From Pseudomonas aeruginosa (GTDB taxonomy: Bacteria > Pseudomonadota > Gammaproteobacteria > Pseudomonadales > Pseudomonadaceae): a DNA stretch of 32,000 bases. The stretch is taken from assembly GCF_001457615.1 (NCBI RefSeq), contig NZ_LN831024.1:5490001-5522000 (forward strand), given 5' to 3'. The position numbers and the translations under genes were made by a program. Position 1 is the first letter of the stretch; each line of letters opens with the position of its first letter. The notes under the pieces are model-generated. The model was not told the origin of the DNA. It ran no database searches and was given only the letters and a program-made list of their open reading frames with translations. This document shows positions 1 through 11,835 of this stretch, piece by piece.

Positions 1-545
1 ACCGCGGCGCCGGCACCTTCGAGTTCCTCTACGAGAACGGCCGCTTCTACTTCATCGAGATGAACACTCGCGTGCAGGTGGAGCACCCGGTATCTGAGAT
101 GGTCACCGGTGTCGACATCGTCAAGGAGATGCTGCGCATCGCCTCCGGCGAGAAGCTCTCGATCCGCCAGGAGGACGTGGTCATCCGCGGCCATGCGCTG
201 GAATGCCGGATCAACGCCGAAGACCCGAAGACCTTCATGCCCAGCCCGGGCAAGGTCAAGCACTTCCACGCCCCCGGCGGCAACGGCGTGCGCGTCGACT
301 CGCACCTCTACAGCGGCTACAGCGTGCCGCCGAACTACGACTCGCTGGTCGGCAAGGTCATCACCTACGGTGCCGACCGCGACGAGGCGCTGGCGCGGAT
401 GCGCAATGCCCTGGACGAGTTGATCGTCGACGGTATCAAGACCAATACCGAACTGCACAAGGACCTGGTGCGCGACGCCGCCTTCTGCAAGGGCGGGGTG
501 AACATCCATTACCTGGAGAAGAAACTGGGTATGGACAAGCACTGA
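1..545 (+). CDS. accC: Biotin carboxylase subunit of acetyl-CoA carboxylase, C-terminal fragment (5' end outside window)
   Basis: The frame is open from nt 3 ([40 protein letters not shown]...), which is a typical biotin carboxylase C-terminal domain. Stop TGA is at 543-545, and a hairpin terminator follows. Confidence 0.95.
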   Translation, partial: RGAGTFEFLYENGRFYFIEMNTRVQVEHPVSEMVTGVDIVKEMLRIASGEKLSIRQEDVVIRGHALECRINAEDPKTFMPSPGKVKHFHAPGGNGVRVDSHLYSGYSVPPNYDSLVGKVITYGADRDEALARMRNALDELIVDGIKTNTELHKDLVRDAAFCKGGVNIHYLEKKLGMDKH

Positions 546-562
546 TCCGTCAGTCGCTGCGC

Positions 563-596
563 ACAAGGGCTGCCTCCGGGCGGCCCTTGTCGTTTC
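563..596 (+). terminator. Rho-independent-type terminator after accC
   Basis: A 12-bp stem, acaagggctgcc (563-574) pairing with ggcggcccttgt (579-590), contains one G:U pair. The loop is tccg and the tail is cgtttc. Confidence 0.6.
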
Positions 597-655
597 CGCC
601 TGCCGGCCGCCCCAACGGTGCTATCCTCGTCGCCCCTCCACCACCGGACTCCTGC

Positions 656-1522
656 ATGGAACGCATCCGCCGCTGGTACCGCCAATCGCTGGCCGCCGCG
701 ACCGAGGCCGCGACCTGCTTCGCCCTGGGTTTCAGGGAAAGCCTGCAACCCGCCGCACTCTTCCGCTCCGCGAGCCTGTGCATTCTCGTCAGCGTGCTGT
801 GCACCTGGCTGTTCGTGCATTTCTTCGAACCGATCATCCGCCTCTGCGGCTGGGCCGCGCTGTACACGGCATTCAGCGTGGCCAACTTCGCCCTGATCCC
901 CAGCGGCTCGCTGATCGAGGCCGGCAGCGGTGGCCCGTACTTCGATCCGCTGGCGGCCTTCAACGGCCTGGCGGGACTGGCGCAACTGGCGTTCTATTTC
1001 GTCGGCTATGCCGCGCTGTTCTTCGTCGCCCTGTACGCCGCCAGCATCGTCTTCGGCATCCGCCTGGGCCTGCGCATCGGCCTGCTCGGACAACTGAAGG
1101 AACAGGTCCGCCAACGCTACCCGCGACTGGCACCTGCCTCCGGCGAAAGGATCTCGCTGTGGCGTGCCGCCGGCTTCCGCCTGGCACCCTGGCTGGGCGT
1201 TTCCGGATCGATCCTGGTCGGCCTGCTGGTTCCGCTCTACAACGGTGTACTCCTGCTGCTGGCGCTGGCCTACCTGAACATCCGCTTCCTGCTGCCCGCC
1301 ACGCTGGCCGGGCTGGCCGATGCCGGCGAGCAGCTCGCCGTGCTTCGTGCTCGCCGCGGCAGCCTGTTGCTGTTCGGCCTGCTGATACTGCTCCTGGCGC
1401 TGGTGCCGCTGCTCAACCTGCTGCTGCCGGCGGTGCTCGGCGGCGGTACCTGCCACCTGGCCAATCGCGGCCTGGCGCAACTGCGCGGCGAGGCCACGGC
1501 AGAGAGTGGCAGCGCCGGCTAG
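656..1522 (+). CDS. Multi-pass inner-membrane protein, EI24/CysZ-like (PA4849-type hypothetical), 288 aa
   Basis: ATG 656 is the first start after the accC terminator inside ORF 203..1522. The product has about 5-6 hydrophobic helices. The C-terminal [17 protein letters not shown] motif resembles the EI24/CysZ family. The upstream part of the ORF overlaps accC out of frame and is Arg/Pro-rich. No clear SD is present. Confidence 0.7.
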   Translation: MERIRRWYRQSLAAATEAATCFALGFRESLQPAALFRSASLCILVSVLCTWLFVHFFEPIIRLCGWAALYTAFSVANFALIPSGSLIEAGSGGPYFDPLAAFNGLAGLAQLAFYFVGYAALFFVALYAASIVFGIRLGLRIGLLGQLKEQVRQRYPRLAPASGERISLWRAAGFRLAPWLGVSGSILVGLLVPLYNGVLLLLALAYLNIRFLLPATLAGLADAGEQLAVLRARRGSLLLFGLLILLLALVPLLNLLLPAVLGGGTCHLANRGLAQLRGEATAESGSAG

Positions 1523-1546
1523 CCTCAAGTAAGCTTGCGCGGTGGA

Positions 1547-1580
1547 AAACGGGTCGCCCCTGGGCGGCCCGTTTCGTTTA
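1547..1580 (+). terminator. Rho-independent-type terminator after the PA4849-like gene
   Basis: A 12-bp stem, aaacgggtcgcc (1547-1558) pairing with ggcggcccgttt (1563-1574), contains one G:U pair. The loop is cctg and the tail is cgttta. The geometry matches the accC terminator. Confidence 0.55.
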
Positions 1581-1602
1581 CAGCCGCAACAGAGGTCGCC
1601 CC

Positions 1603-2487
1603 ATGCCCTGGTTACAAGTTCGCCTGGCCATCACCCCGGAACAGGCCGAAACCTACGAAGACGCCCTGCTCGAAGTCGGCGCCGTCTCCGTGACCTTCAT
1701 GGACGCCGAAGACCAGCCGATCTTCGAGCCGGACCTCGGCACCACCCCGCTGTGGTCGCGCACCCACCTGCTGGCGCTGTTCGAAGCGGACACCGATGAG
1801 ACCGCCCTGCTCGCCCACCTCGCCTTGCTTACCGGCGGCGACCTGCCCGAGCACCATGTCGAGGAAATCGCCGACCAGGATTGGGAACGCAGCTGGATGG
1901 ACAACTTCCAGCCGATGCGTTTCGGCCGCCGCCTGTGGATCGTGCCGAGCTGGCACGCCGCCCCCGAGCCGGACGCGGTCAACCTGCTGCTCGATCCGGG
2001 CCTGGCCTTCGGCACCGGCACCCACCCGACCACCGCGCTGTGCCTGGAATGGCTCGACGGCCAGGAACTGGCCGGCCGGCAGGTGCTCGACTTCGGCTGC
2101 GGCTCGGGAATCCTCGCCATCGCCGCGCTGCTGCTCGGCGCCGAACGGGCGGTCGGCACCGACATCGATCCACAGGCCCTGGAAGCCTCGCGCGACAATG
2201 CCTCGCGCAACGGTATCGAGCCCGCGCGGTTCCCTGTCTACCTGCCGGCGGACCTGCCGCAGCGACAGGCCGACGTGCTGGTCGCCAATATCCTCGCCGG
2301 CCCGCTGGTTTCCCTCGCCCCGCAACTGACCGGCCTGGTACGTCCCGGCGGCCTGCTGGCGTTGTCCGGCATCCTCGCCGAGCAGGCCGCGGAGGTCCGC
2401 GCGGCCTACTCCGCACACTTCGATCTCGACCCGACCGCCGAGCGCGAAGGCTGGATCCGCATCAGCGGCCGCCGCCGCGCCGATTGA
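1603..2487 (+). CDS. prmA: Ribosomal protein L11 methyltransferase, 294 aa
   Basis: Begins [27 protein letters not shown]-binding motifs [16 protein letters not shown] and [13 protein letters not shown] are present. ATG 1603 is in frame within ORF 778..2487, with agagg upstream. Confidence 0.95.
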   Translation: MPWLQVRLAITPEQAETYEDALLEVGAVSVTFMDAEDQPIFEPDLGTTPLWSRTHLLALFEADTDETALLAHLALLTGGDLPEHHVEEIADQDWERSWMDNFQPMRFGRRLWIVPSWHAAPEPDAVNLLLDPGLAFGTGTHPTTALCLEWLDGQELAGRQVLDFGCGSGILAIAALLLGAERAVGTDIDPQALEASRDNASRNGIEPARFPVYLPADLPQRQADVLVANILAGPLVSLAPQLTGLVRPGGLLALSGILAEQAAEVRAAYSAHFDLDPTAEREGWIRISGRRRAD

Positions 2488-2582
2488 TGGCGCGCCGCCA
2501 GCCACCACTGATCCCGCCCCACTGCCTTCGTGCAAGAAGCTTGGGGTAGACTAGCCGCCGGATTTTCCCTACGGATCGCCGC

Positions 2583-3860
2583 ATGAGCGAAAGCGTCATC
2601 ACCCAATGTCCCCATTGCAGCACCAGTTTCCGCGTCAACGACGCGCAACTGGGCGCCGCCAATGGCGCGGTCCGCTGCGGCACCTGCCTGAAAGTCTTCA
2701 ACGCCCTGCAACACCAGGTCGGTGGCGCGCCGCGCGCGAACGCTCCTTCGGCAGCCGAAGCGAAGCCGGCCGCCGCTCCGCCACCCGCGCCCAGCGTCGC
2801 GGCCGCCACCTCGGCCGCGCCCCCGGCAGCGCGCCCGCGCGACGAAACCCTGTGGATCCATGACGACCTCGACCTGGACAGCCTCAACCTCGACGAGGAA
2901 CTGGCCAAGCTCGACGAATTCGAGCTGAACCAGGAATTCTCCAGCATCGAGAAGGCCCCGCGACCGGCGGAAAGCCTGCTGGCGCGCCGCGACGACGAAC
3001 GCGATCCACATGACGAACGCTGGGCCGAGGCGCTGATCGCCGATGCCGAACCGGCCCAGCCGGCGCGCGGCAATCCGCGCCAGGAACCGAGCCTCGGCGA
3101 ACCGCTGGCGGAAGAGCGGGTATCCTTCGTGCCGCTGCGCCGCGCCGAGGATCCGCCGGAACTTCGCCTCAGCCTCGATGACGACGATGACGACGAGCCC
3201 AGCCTCGGCAAGCGCCGCCACGGCCTGAGCGCCCTGGATGAAGACGACGAGGAAAGCGCCGAGGAACAGTCCGTCGCGCCCCTGGGCAGCGCCCGCAAAC
3301 CGGACGAGGCGCCGGTCGAGAGTCTCGACCAGTTGCGCGACGAGCCGCTGCAACTGGCCTGGGAGAAGCCCCGGCGCCAATGGCCGCGGCGTCTCGGCTG
3401 GCTGCTGCTGATCCTGCTGGCGCTGGGCGGTCTCGCCGCTCAGTACATCGCCTACCATTTCGACGAACTGGCGCGCCAGGACGCCTATCGCCCCTGGTTC
3501 GCCCAGCTCTGCCCGGAAATCGGCTGCACCCTTCCCTCCAAGGTCGACGTGGAGCAGATCAGGAGCAGCAACCTGGTGGTCCGCAGCCATCCCGAATTCA
3601 GCGGCGCGCTGGTGGTCGACGCGATCATCTACAATCGCGCCAGCTTCTCGCAGCCGTTCCCGCTGCTGGAACTGCGCTTCGCCGACCTCAACGGCCACCT
3701 CATCGCCAATCGCCGCTTCAAGCCCGGCGAGTACCTCGGCGGCGAGCTGGCCGGACGAACGGAAATGCCACCGCAGGTACCGATCCACGTGTCGCTGGAC
3801 ATCCTCGACCCGGGTCCGAAGGCGGTGAACTACAGCCTGAGCTTCCATTCCCCGGAGTGA
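2583..3860 (+). CDS. Zinc-ribbon (MJ0042-type) / acidic linker / single TM / DUF3426-type membrane protein, 425 aa (PA4851-type)
   Basis: The N-terminus has CPHC...x17...CGTC (MSESVITQCPHCSTSFRVNDAQLGAANGAVRCGTCLKVFNA). A long Ala/Pro then Asp/Glu-rich segment follows, including DDDDDDE. A TM helix (LGWLLLILLALGGLAAQYIAY) precedes a C-terminal beta-rich domain. Confidence 0.85.
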   Translation: MSESVITQCPHCSTSFRVNDAQLGAANGAVRCGTCLKVFNALQHQVGGAPRANAPSAAEAKPAAAPPPAPSVAAATSAAPPAARPRDETLWIHDDLDLDSLNLDEELAKLDEFELNQEFSSIEKAPRPAESLLARRDDERDPHDERWAEALIADAEPAQPARGNPRQEPSLGEPLAEERVSFVPLRRAEDPPELRLSLDDDDDDEPSLGKRRHGLSALDEDDEESAEEQSVAPLGSARKPDEAPVESLDQLRDEPLQLAWEKPRRQWPRRLGWLLLILLALGGLAAQYIAYHFDELARQDAYRPWFAQLCPEIGCTLPSKVDVEQIRSSNLVVRSHPEFSGALVVDAIIYNRASFSQPFPLLELRFADLNGHLIANRRFKPGEYLGGELAGRTEMPPQVPIHVSLDILDPGPKAVNYSLSFHSPE

Positions 3861-3965
3861 CCGGAAAGACCTCGCCGGTCGCCGCCGGGCCGCTACGCCC
3901 ACCCGCTCGCGCGGAGCGCCAGGCGCAAGTGCCGCTCGTCTTCCAACTGTAAGAACTAAGGAATC

Positions 3966-4022
3966 GGCTGTTCAGAATTTATCCAAAACAGCCTTTATCC
4001 GGTCATCCAGAGCGGGTATCAT
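3966..4022 (+). promoter_or_regulatory. Candidate dusB-fis control region: inverted repeat, Fis-like site, -10-like hexamer with GC-rich discriminator
   Basis: This is the only AT-rich patch in this part of the window. An inverted repeat pairs ggctgtt (3966-3972) with aacagcc (3987-3993). The 15-mer gttcagaatttatcc (3970-3984) fits GNNYRWWWWWYRNNC with one deviation. TATCAT lies at 4017-4022 and is followed by gccctccc. The -35 is poor (tttatc). Confidence 0.3.
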
Positions 4023-4063
4023 GCCCTCCCTTTTTTCGCAGCACCGCAAGACAGGGAAGCCCC

Positions 4064-5062
4064 ATGTCGGTGGTACGCATCGGCCCATATACACTGCCCA
4101 ACAGACTGATCCTCGCGCCGATGGCCGGGGTGACCGATCGTCCGTTCCGTCAGCTTTGCCGTCGCCTTGGCGCCGGGATGGTGGTATCGGAGATGGTGAC
4201 CAGCGACGTCCGCCTGTGGAACAGCCGCAAGTCGCGCCTGCGCCTGATCCACGATGGCGAGGACGAGCCGCGCTCGGTGCAGATCGCCGGCGGCGATCCG
4301 GCCATGCTGGCCGAGGCCGCGCAGCGCAATGTGGAACTCGGTGCGCAGATCATCGACATCAACATGGGCTGCCCGGCGAAGAAGGTATGCAACAAGGCAG
4401 CGGGGTCCGCCCTGCTGCGGGACGAGGCGCTGGTCGCCGAGATCCTCGATGCCGTGGTCAGGGCGGTCGACGTACCGGTCACCCTGAAGATCCGGACCGG
4501 CTGGGACCGGGACAACCGTAACGGCGTCACCGTCGCGAAGCTCGCCGAACAGGCGGGGATCCAGGCTCTTGCGGTGCATGGCCGGACCCGCGCCGACCTG
4601 TACACCGGGGAGGCGGAGTACGAGACCATCGCGGCGATCAAGCAGGCCGTGTCGATACCGGTGTTCGCCAATGGCGACATCGATTCGCCGGAAAAGGCCA
4701 GGAAAGTCATCGAGCAGACCGGGGTGGATGCCCTGCTGATCGGTCGGGCCGCCCAGGGAAGACCGTGGATTTTCCGCGAGATCGACCATTACCTGCGGAC
4801 CGGCGAGCACCTGCCGGCGGCGCCGCTTCCCGAAGTGCAGAGCATCCTGCTCGAACACCTCGCGGAGCTGCACCTTTTTTATGGGGAAGAAATGGGTGTG
4901 CGGATCGCCCGCAAGCATGTGGGGTGGTATCTCGCGACTCTGCCGGGCGCAAGGGAATTCCGCGCCCAGTTCAATCGTTTGCAGGACACGGATGCGCAGT
5001 GCGCCAGCGTCAGGCAGTTCTTCGCCGAGCGCCAGAACAACGGAACAGGGGTGGCCGCATGA
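4064..5062 (+). CDS. dusB: tRNA-dihydrouridine synthase B, 332 aa
   Basis: Contains [29 protein letters not shown] and NMGCPAKKV, the Dus family TIM-barrel motifs. It lies immediately upstream of fis, as in other gamma-proteobacteria. Confidence 0.95.
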   Translation: MSVVRIGPYTLPNRLILAPMAGVTDRPFRQLCRRLGAGMVVSEMVTSDVRLWNSRKSRLRLIHDGEDEPRSVQIAGGDPAMLAEAAQRNVELGAQIIDINMGCPAKKVCNKAAGSALLRDEALVAEILDAVVRAVDVPVTLKIRTGWDRDNRNGVTVAKLAEQAGIQALAVHGRTRADLYTGEAEYETIAAIKQAVSIPVFANGDIDSPEKARKVIEQTGVDALLIGRAAQGRPWIFREIDHYLRTGEHLPAAPLPEVQSILLEHLAELHLFYGEEMGVRIARKHVGWYLATLPGAREFRAQFNRLQDTDAQCASVRQFFAERQNNGTGVAA

Positions 5063-5382
5063 CAACGATGACGACCGAGACTTTAGTGAGTGGAACAACG
5101 CCCGTGAGCGACAACGCCAACCTGAAACAGCACCTCACCACGCCGACGCAAGAAGGGCAGACCCTGCGCGACAGCGTGGAGAAGGCATTGCACAACTACT
5201 TCGCCCACCTCGAAGGGCAGCCGGTCACGGACGTTTACAACATGGTGCTCTGCGAAGTCGAAGCGCCGCTGCTGGAAACCGTCATGAACCACGTCAAGGG
5301 GAACCAGACCAAGGCCTCCGAGCTACTCGGCCTGAACCGCGGGACCCTGCGCAAGAAACTCAAGCAATACGATCTTCTTTAA
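5059..5382 (+). CDS. fis: DNA-binding protein Fis, 107 aa
   Basis: ATG 5059 overlaps the dusB stop (ATGA, 5059-5062). The C-terminal HTH is [27 protein letters not shown]. It lies in frame within ORF 4765..5382. Confidence 0.95.
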   Translation: MTTMTTETLVSGTTPVSDNANLKQHLTTPTQEGQTLRDSVEKALHNYFAHLEGQPVTDVYNMVLCEVEAPLLETVMNHVKGNQTKASELLGLNRGTLRKKLKQYDLL

Positions 5383-5461
5383 GAGCGGCGGCGGGCTCCG
5401 GCCAAGGGCGCGCGTCCCGGCCGGCACCCGCGGCCGGAAGCCAGCCCTCAGGACCCTTGCA

Positions 5462-7069
5462 ATGACCGACCAAACCACCCGCCTGCCCATCCGCCGCGCG
5501 CTGATCAGCGTTTCCGACAAGACCGGCGTCGTCGACTTCGCCCGTGAGCTGGTCGCCCTCGGCGTGGAAATCCTTTCCACCGGCGGCACCTACAAGCTGC
5601 TCCGGGACAACGGCATCTCTGCCGTGGAAGTGGCCGACTACACCGGCTTCCCGGAAATGATGGACGGTCGGGTGAAGACCCTGCACCCGAAGGTGCATGG
5701 CGGTATCCTCGGTCGCCGCGACCTGGACGGCGCGGTCATGGAGCAGCACGGCATCAAGCCGATCGACCTGGTGGCGGTCAACCTGTATCCCTTCGAGGCC
5801 ACGGTGGCCAGGCCCGACTGCGACCTGCCTACCGCCATCGAGAACATCGATATCGGCGGACCGACCATGGTCCGTTCGGCGGCGAAGAACCACAAGGATG
5901 TCGCCATCGTGGTCAATGCCGGCGACTACGCCGCCGTGATCGAATCCCTCAAGGCCGGCGGCCTGACCTACGCCCAGCGTTTCGACCTGGCCCTCAAGGC
6001 GTTCGAGCACACCTCCGCCTACGACGGCATGATCGCCAACTACCTGGGTACCATCGACCAGACCCGCGATACCCTAGGCACCGCCGACCGCGGCGCCTTC
6101 CCGCGCACCTTCAACAGTCAGTTCGTCAAGGCCCAGGAAATGCGCTACGGCGAGAACCCGCACCAGAGCGCGGCGTTCTACGTCGAGGCGAAGAAGGGCG
6201 AGGCCAGCGTCTCCACCGCCATCCAGTTGCAGGGCAAGGAACTGTCGTTCAACAACGTCGCCGACACCGACGCCGCCCTGGAATGCGTGAAGAGCTTCCT
6301 CAAGCCGGCCTGCGTGATCGTCAAGCATGCCAACCCCTGCGGCGTCGCCGTGGTGCCGGAAGACGAAGGCGGCATCCGCAAGGCCTACGACCTGGCCTAC
6401 GCCACCGATAGCGAATCGGCGTTCGGCGGCATCATCGCCTTCAACCGCGAGCTGGACGGCGAAACCGCCAAGGCCATCGTCGAGCGCCAGTTCGTCGAGG
6501 TGATCATCGCGCCGAAGATTTCCGCCGCCGCCCGCGAGGTGGTCGCCGCCAAGGCCAACGTACGCCTGCTCGAATGCGGCGAATGGCCAGCCGAGCGCGC
6601 CCCGGGCTGGGACTTCAAGCGGGTCAACGGCGGCCTGCTGGTACAGAGCCGCGACATCGGCATGATCAAGGCCGAGGACCTGAAGATCGTCACTCGCCGC
6701 GCGCCCACCGAGCAGGAGATCCACGACCTGATCTTCGCCTGGAAGGTGGCCAAGTTCGTCAAGTCCAACGCCATCGTCTACGCCAGGAACCGCCAGACCG
6801 TCGGCGTCGGCGCCGGCCAGATGAGCCGGGTCAACTCCGCACGGATCGCCGCGATCAAGGCCGAGCACGCCGGCCTGGAAGTGAAAGGCGCGGTGATGGC
6901 TTCCGACGCCTTCTTCCCGTTCCGCGACGGCATCGACAACGCGGCCAAGGCCGGCATCACCGCGGTGATCCAGCCGGGCGGCTCGATGCGCGACAACGAA
7001 GTGATCGCGGCGGCCGACGAGGCGGATATCGCGATGGTGTTCACTGGCATGCGCCATTTCCGCCATTGA
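5462..7069 (+). CDS. purH: Bifunctional AICAR transformylase / IMP cyclohydrolase, 535 aa
   Basis: Begins [33 protein letters not shown] and ends FTGMRHFRH. The full-length PurH pattern is present. Confidence 0.97.
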   Translation: MTDQTTRLPIRRALISVSDKTGVVDFARELVALGVEILSTGGTYKLLRDNGISAVEVADYTGFPEMMDGRVKTLHPKVHGGILGRRDLDGAVMEQHGIKPIDLVAVNLYPFEATVARPDCDLPTAIENIDIGGPTMVRSAAKNHKDVAIVVNAGDYAAVIESLKAGGLTYAQRFDLALKAFEHTSAYDGMIANYLGTIDQTRDTLGTADRGAFPRTFNSQFVKAQEMRYGENPHQSAAFYVEAKKGEASVSTAIQLQGKELSFNNVADTDAALECVKSFLKPACVIVKHANPCGVAVVPEDEGGIRKAYDLAYATDSESAFGGIIAFNRELDGETAKAIVERQFVEVIIAPKISAAAREVVAAKANVRLLECGEWPAERAPGWDFKRVNGGLLVQSRDIGMIKAEDLKIVTRRAPTEQEIHDLIFAWKVAKFVKSNAIVYARNRQTVGVGAGQMSRVNSARIAAIKAEHAGLEVKGAVMASDAFFPFRDGIDNAAKAGITAVIQPGGSMRDNEVIAAADEADIAMVFTGMRHFRH

Positions 7070-7100
7070 GTATCACGGCGGCTGAGCGCGATGCGGCCAG

Positions 7101-7153
7101 CCGCCCTACCCACGAATTTCACGCAGGGCGGATAACGCGGCGCGTTACCCGCC
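7101..7153. repeat. REP-type palindromic element (degenerate doublet) in the purH-purD spacer
   Basis: GCAG followed by the palindrome ggcggataacgcg/gcgcgttacccgcc spans 7123-7153. It is preceded by a ...cgccctac remnant at 7101-7109. It belongs to the same family as the elements at 11429, 17834 and 27910. Confidence 0.55.
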
Positions 7154-7172
7154 GTTGCGCCAGGAGAACCCC

Positions 7173-8462
7173 ATGAACGTACTCATCATCGGCAGCGGCG
7201 GTCGTGAACATGCCCTGGCCTGGAAAGTCGCCCAAGACCCGCGCGTGGCGAAGGTCTTCGTCGCCCCGGGCAACGCCGGCACCGCCACCGAAGCCAAGTG
7301 CGAGAACGTCGCCATCGACGTGCTGGCCCTGGAGCAACTGGCCGACTTCGCCGCGAAGAACGTCCAGTTGACCATCGTCGGTCCCGAGGCGCCGCTGGTG
7401 GCAGGCGTGGTCGACCTGTTCCGCGAGCGCGGCCTGGATATCTTCGGCCCGACCGCCGGCGCCGCCCAGCTGGAAGGCTCGAAGGCCTTCACCAAGGACT
7501 TCCTCGCCCGCCACCGGATCCCCACCGCCGCCTATCGCAACTTCACCGAGGTCGAGCCGGCCCTGGCCTACCTGCACGAGCAGGGCGCGCCCATCGTCAT
7601 CAAGGCCGATGGCCTGGCCGCGGGCAAGGGCGTGATCGTCGCCATGAACCTGGACGAAGCCGAAGCCGCCGTGCGCGACATGCTCGCCGGCAATGCCTTC
7701 GGCGACGCCGGCTCGCGCGTGGTGATCGAGGAGTTCCTCGATGGCGAGGAGGCCAGCTTCATCGTCATGGTCGACGGCCAGAACGTGCTGCCGATGGCCA
7801 CCAGCCAGGACCACAAGCGCGTCGGCGATGGCGACAGCGGGCCGAACACCGGCGGCATGGGCGCCTACTCGCCGGCCCCGGTGGTCACCGCCGAGGTCCA
7901 CCAGCGGGTGCTGGACGAAGTGATCTACCCGACCGTGCGCGGCATGGCCGAGGAAGGCAACGTCTATACCGGCTTCCTCTATGCCGGCCTGATGATCGAC
8001 AAGAGCGGCGCGCCCAAGGTCATCGAATTCAACTGCCGCTTCGGCGATCCGGAAACCCAGCCGATCATGGTCCGCCTGGAGTCCTCCCTGGTCCTGCTGG
8101 TCGAGGCCGCCCTGGCCAAGGCGCTGGACAAGGTCGAGGCGACCTGGGACCCGCGTCCGACCGTGGGCGTGGTACTGGCCGCCGGCGGCTATCCGGGCGA
8201 CTACGCCAAGGGCGAGGTCATCGAAGGCCTGGCCGAGGCCGCCGCGCTGGAGGGCAAGGTGTTCCACGCCGGCACCGCGCTGAAGGATGGCCAGGTGGTC
8301 ACCTCCGGCGGCCGCGTGCTCTGTGCCACCGCCATCGGCGAGAGCGTGTCCGCCGCCCAGCAACAGGCCTATCGCCTGGCCGAGAAGATCCGCTGGAACG
8401 GCTGCTTCTACCGCAAGGACATCGGCTACCGTGCCATCGCCCGCGAGCGCGGCGAGTCCTGA
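7173..8462 (+). CDS. purD: Phosphoribosylamine-glycine ligase, 429 aa
   Basis: Begins MNVLIIGSGGREHALAWK. An aggaga SD lies at 7163-7168. The ORF-track start at 7155 is a TTG with no SD, so ATG 7173 is preferred. Confidence 0.95.
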   Translation: MNVLIIGSGGREHALAWKVAQDPRVAKVFVAPGNAGTATEAKCENVAIDVLALEQLADFAAKNVQLTIVGPEAPLVAGVVDLFRERGLDIFGPTAGAAQLEGSKAFTKDFLARHRIPTAAYRNFTEVEPALAYLHEQGAPIVIKADGLAAGKGVIVAMNLDEAEAAVRDMLAGNAFGDAGSRVVIEEFLDGEEASFIVMVDGQNVLPMATSQDHKRVGDGDSGPNTGGMGAYSPAPVVTAEVHQRVLDEVIYPTVRGMAEEGNVYTGFLYAGLMIDKSGAPKVIEFNCRFGDPETQPIMVRLESSLVLLVEAALAKALDKVEATWDPRPTVGVVLAAGGYPGDYAKGEVIEGLAEAAALEGKVFHAGTALKDGQVVTSGGRVLCATAIGESVSAAQQQAYRLAEKIRWNGCFYRKDIGYRAIARERGES

Positions 8463-8525
8463 CCGGGCCCGAAGCCGCGGGCGCCGCACGGCGCTTCCGC
8501 GGCCTATGCCGTTGCCACGGCCACT

Positions 8526-8535
8526 TGGCTATAAT
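8526..8535 (+). promoter_or_regulatory. Candidate -10 element for retS
   Basis: A perfect TATAAT lies at 8530-8535, preceded by tggc, and sits 31 nt upstream of the retS GTG. There is no good -35 at 17±1 bp: TTGCCA at 8512-8517 is only 12 bp away. Confidence 0.3.
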
Positions 8536-8565
8536 CCGGCCATTCACCTTCGAAGGGACTTCGCC

Positions 8566-11394
<2,829 letters not shown>

Positions 11395-11428
11395 GGGCAG
11401 CGACGTGCTCCGGCGCTGCACCCGGCCT

Positions 11429-11722
11429 CCGCCACGGCGGATAACCGCACGCGGTTATTCGCCCTACGCCCCGGTGGTCCCGCCCCTGTAGGGCGCATGA
11501 CGCCAACGGCGTTATCCGCCGACACCGCCATTTCCGCCACGGCGGATAACCGCACGCGGCTATTCGCCCTACGCCCCGGTGGTCCCGCCTCCCGTAGGGC
11601 GCATAACGCCACCGATACCGCCATTTCCGCCACGGCGGATAACCGCAAGCGGCTATTCGCCCTACGCCCCGGTGGTCCCGGCTCCCGTAGGGCGCATGAC
11701 GCCAACGGCGTTATCCGCCGAC
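11429..11722. repeat. Tandem array of three REPIN-like units (inverted REP doublets)
   Basis: Units start at 11429, 11534 and 11627 and are 105, 93 and ~96 bp long. Each unit reads ccgccacggcggataaccgcacgcggttattcgccctac, then a spacer ccccggtggtcccgcccct, then gtagggcgcatgacgccaacggcgttatccgcc. These are two GTAG-headed imperfect palindromes facing each other. The second REP of unit B is truncated. Confidence 0.85.
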
Positions 11723-11733
11723 ATCCGGCCTCG

Positions 11734-11762
11734 TTGTCACATGCCACGCGAACCGGCATATT
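11734..11762 (+). promoter_or_regulatory. Candidate sigma70 promoter for the MarC-family gene
   Basis: TTGTCA lies at 11734-11739, followed by a 17-nt spacer and CATATT at 11757-11762. It sits 74 nt upstream of ATG 11836. Confidence 0.35.
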
Positions 11763-11835
11763 GCCAACCCGCCGGACATCGCACCGGCCCGTCGCACGCT
11801 ATGCTCATGCCCACACCCGGACCGGAAGCGCCTCC

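Noticed and set aside
203-655. N-terminal extensions offered by the ORF track: 203.. for the membrane protein, 778.. for prmA, 4765.. for fis, 8287.. for retS, 15140.. for urtC, 16243.. for urtD and 25516..26547 for the decarboxylase.
   Set aside because: The extensions overlap the preceding gene out of frame, are compositionally aberrant (Arg/Pro/Ala-rich) and cross terminators. Internal starts with SD sequences or stop-start overlaps give proteins that begin exactly at the conserved family N-termini.
11429-11722. Regularly spaced palindromic repeats that superficially resemble a small CRISPR array.
   Set aside because: There are only three units. The 'spacers' between palindromes are themselves conserved between units. 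The repeat belongs to a family dispersed elsewhere in the window (7101, 17834, 27910). No cas genes or leader are present.
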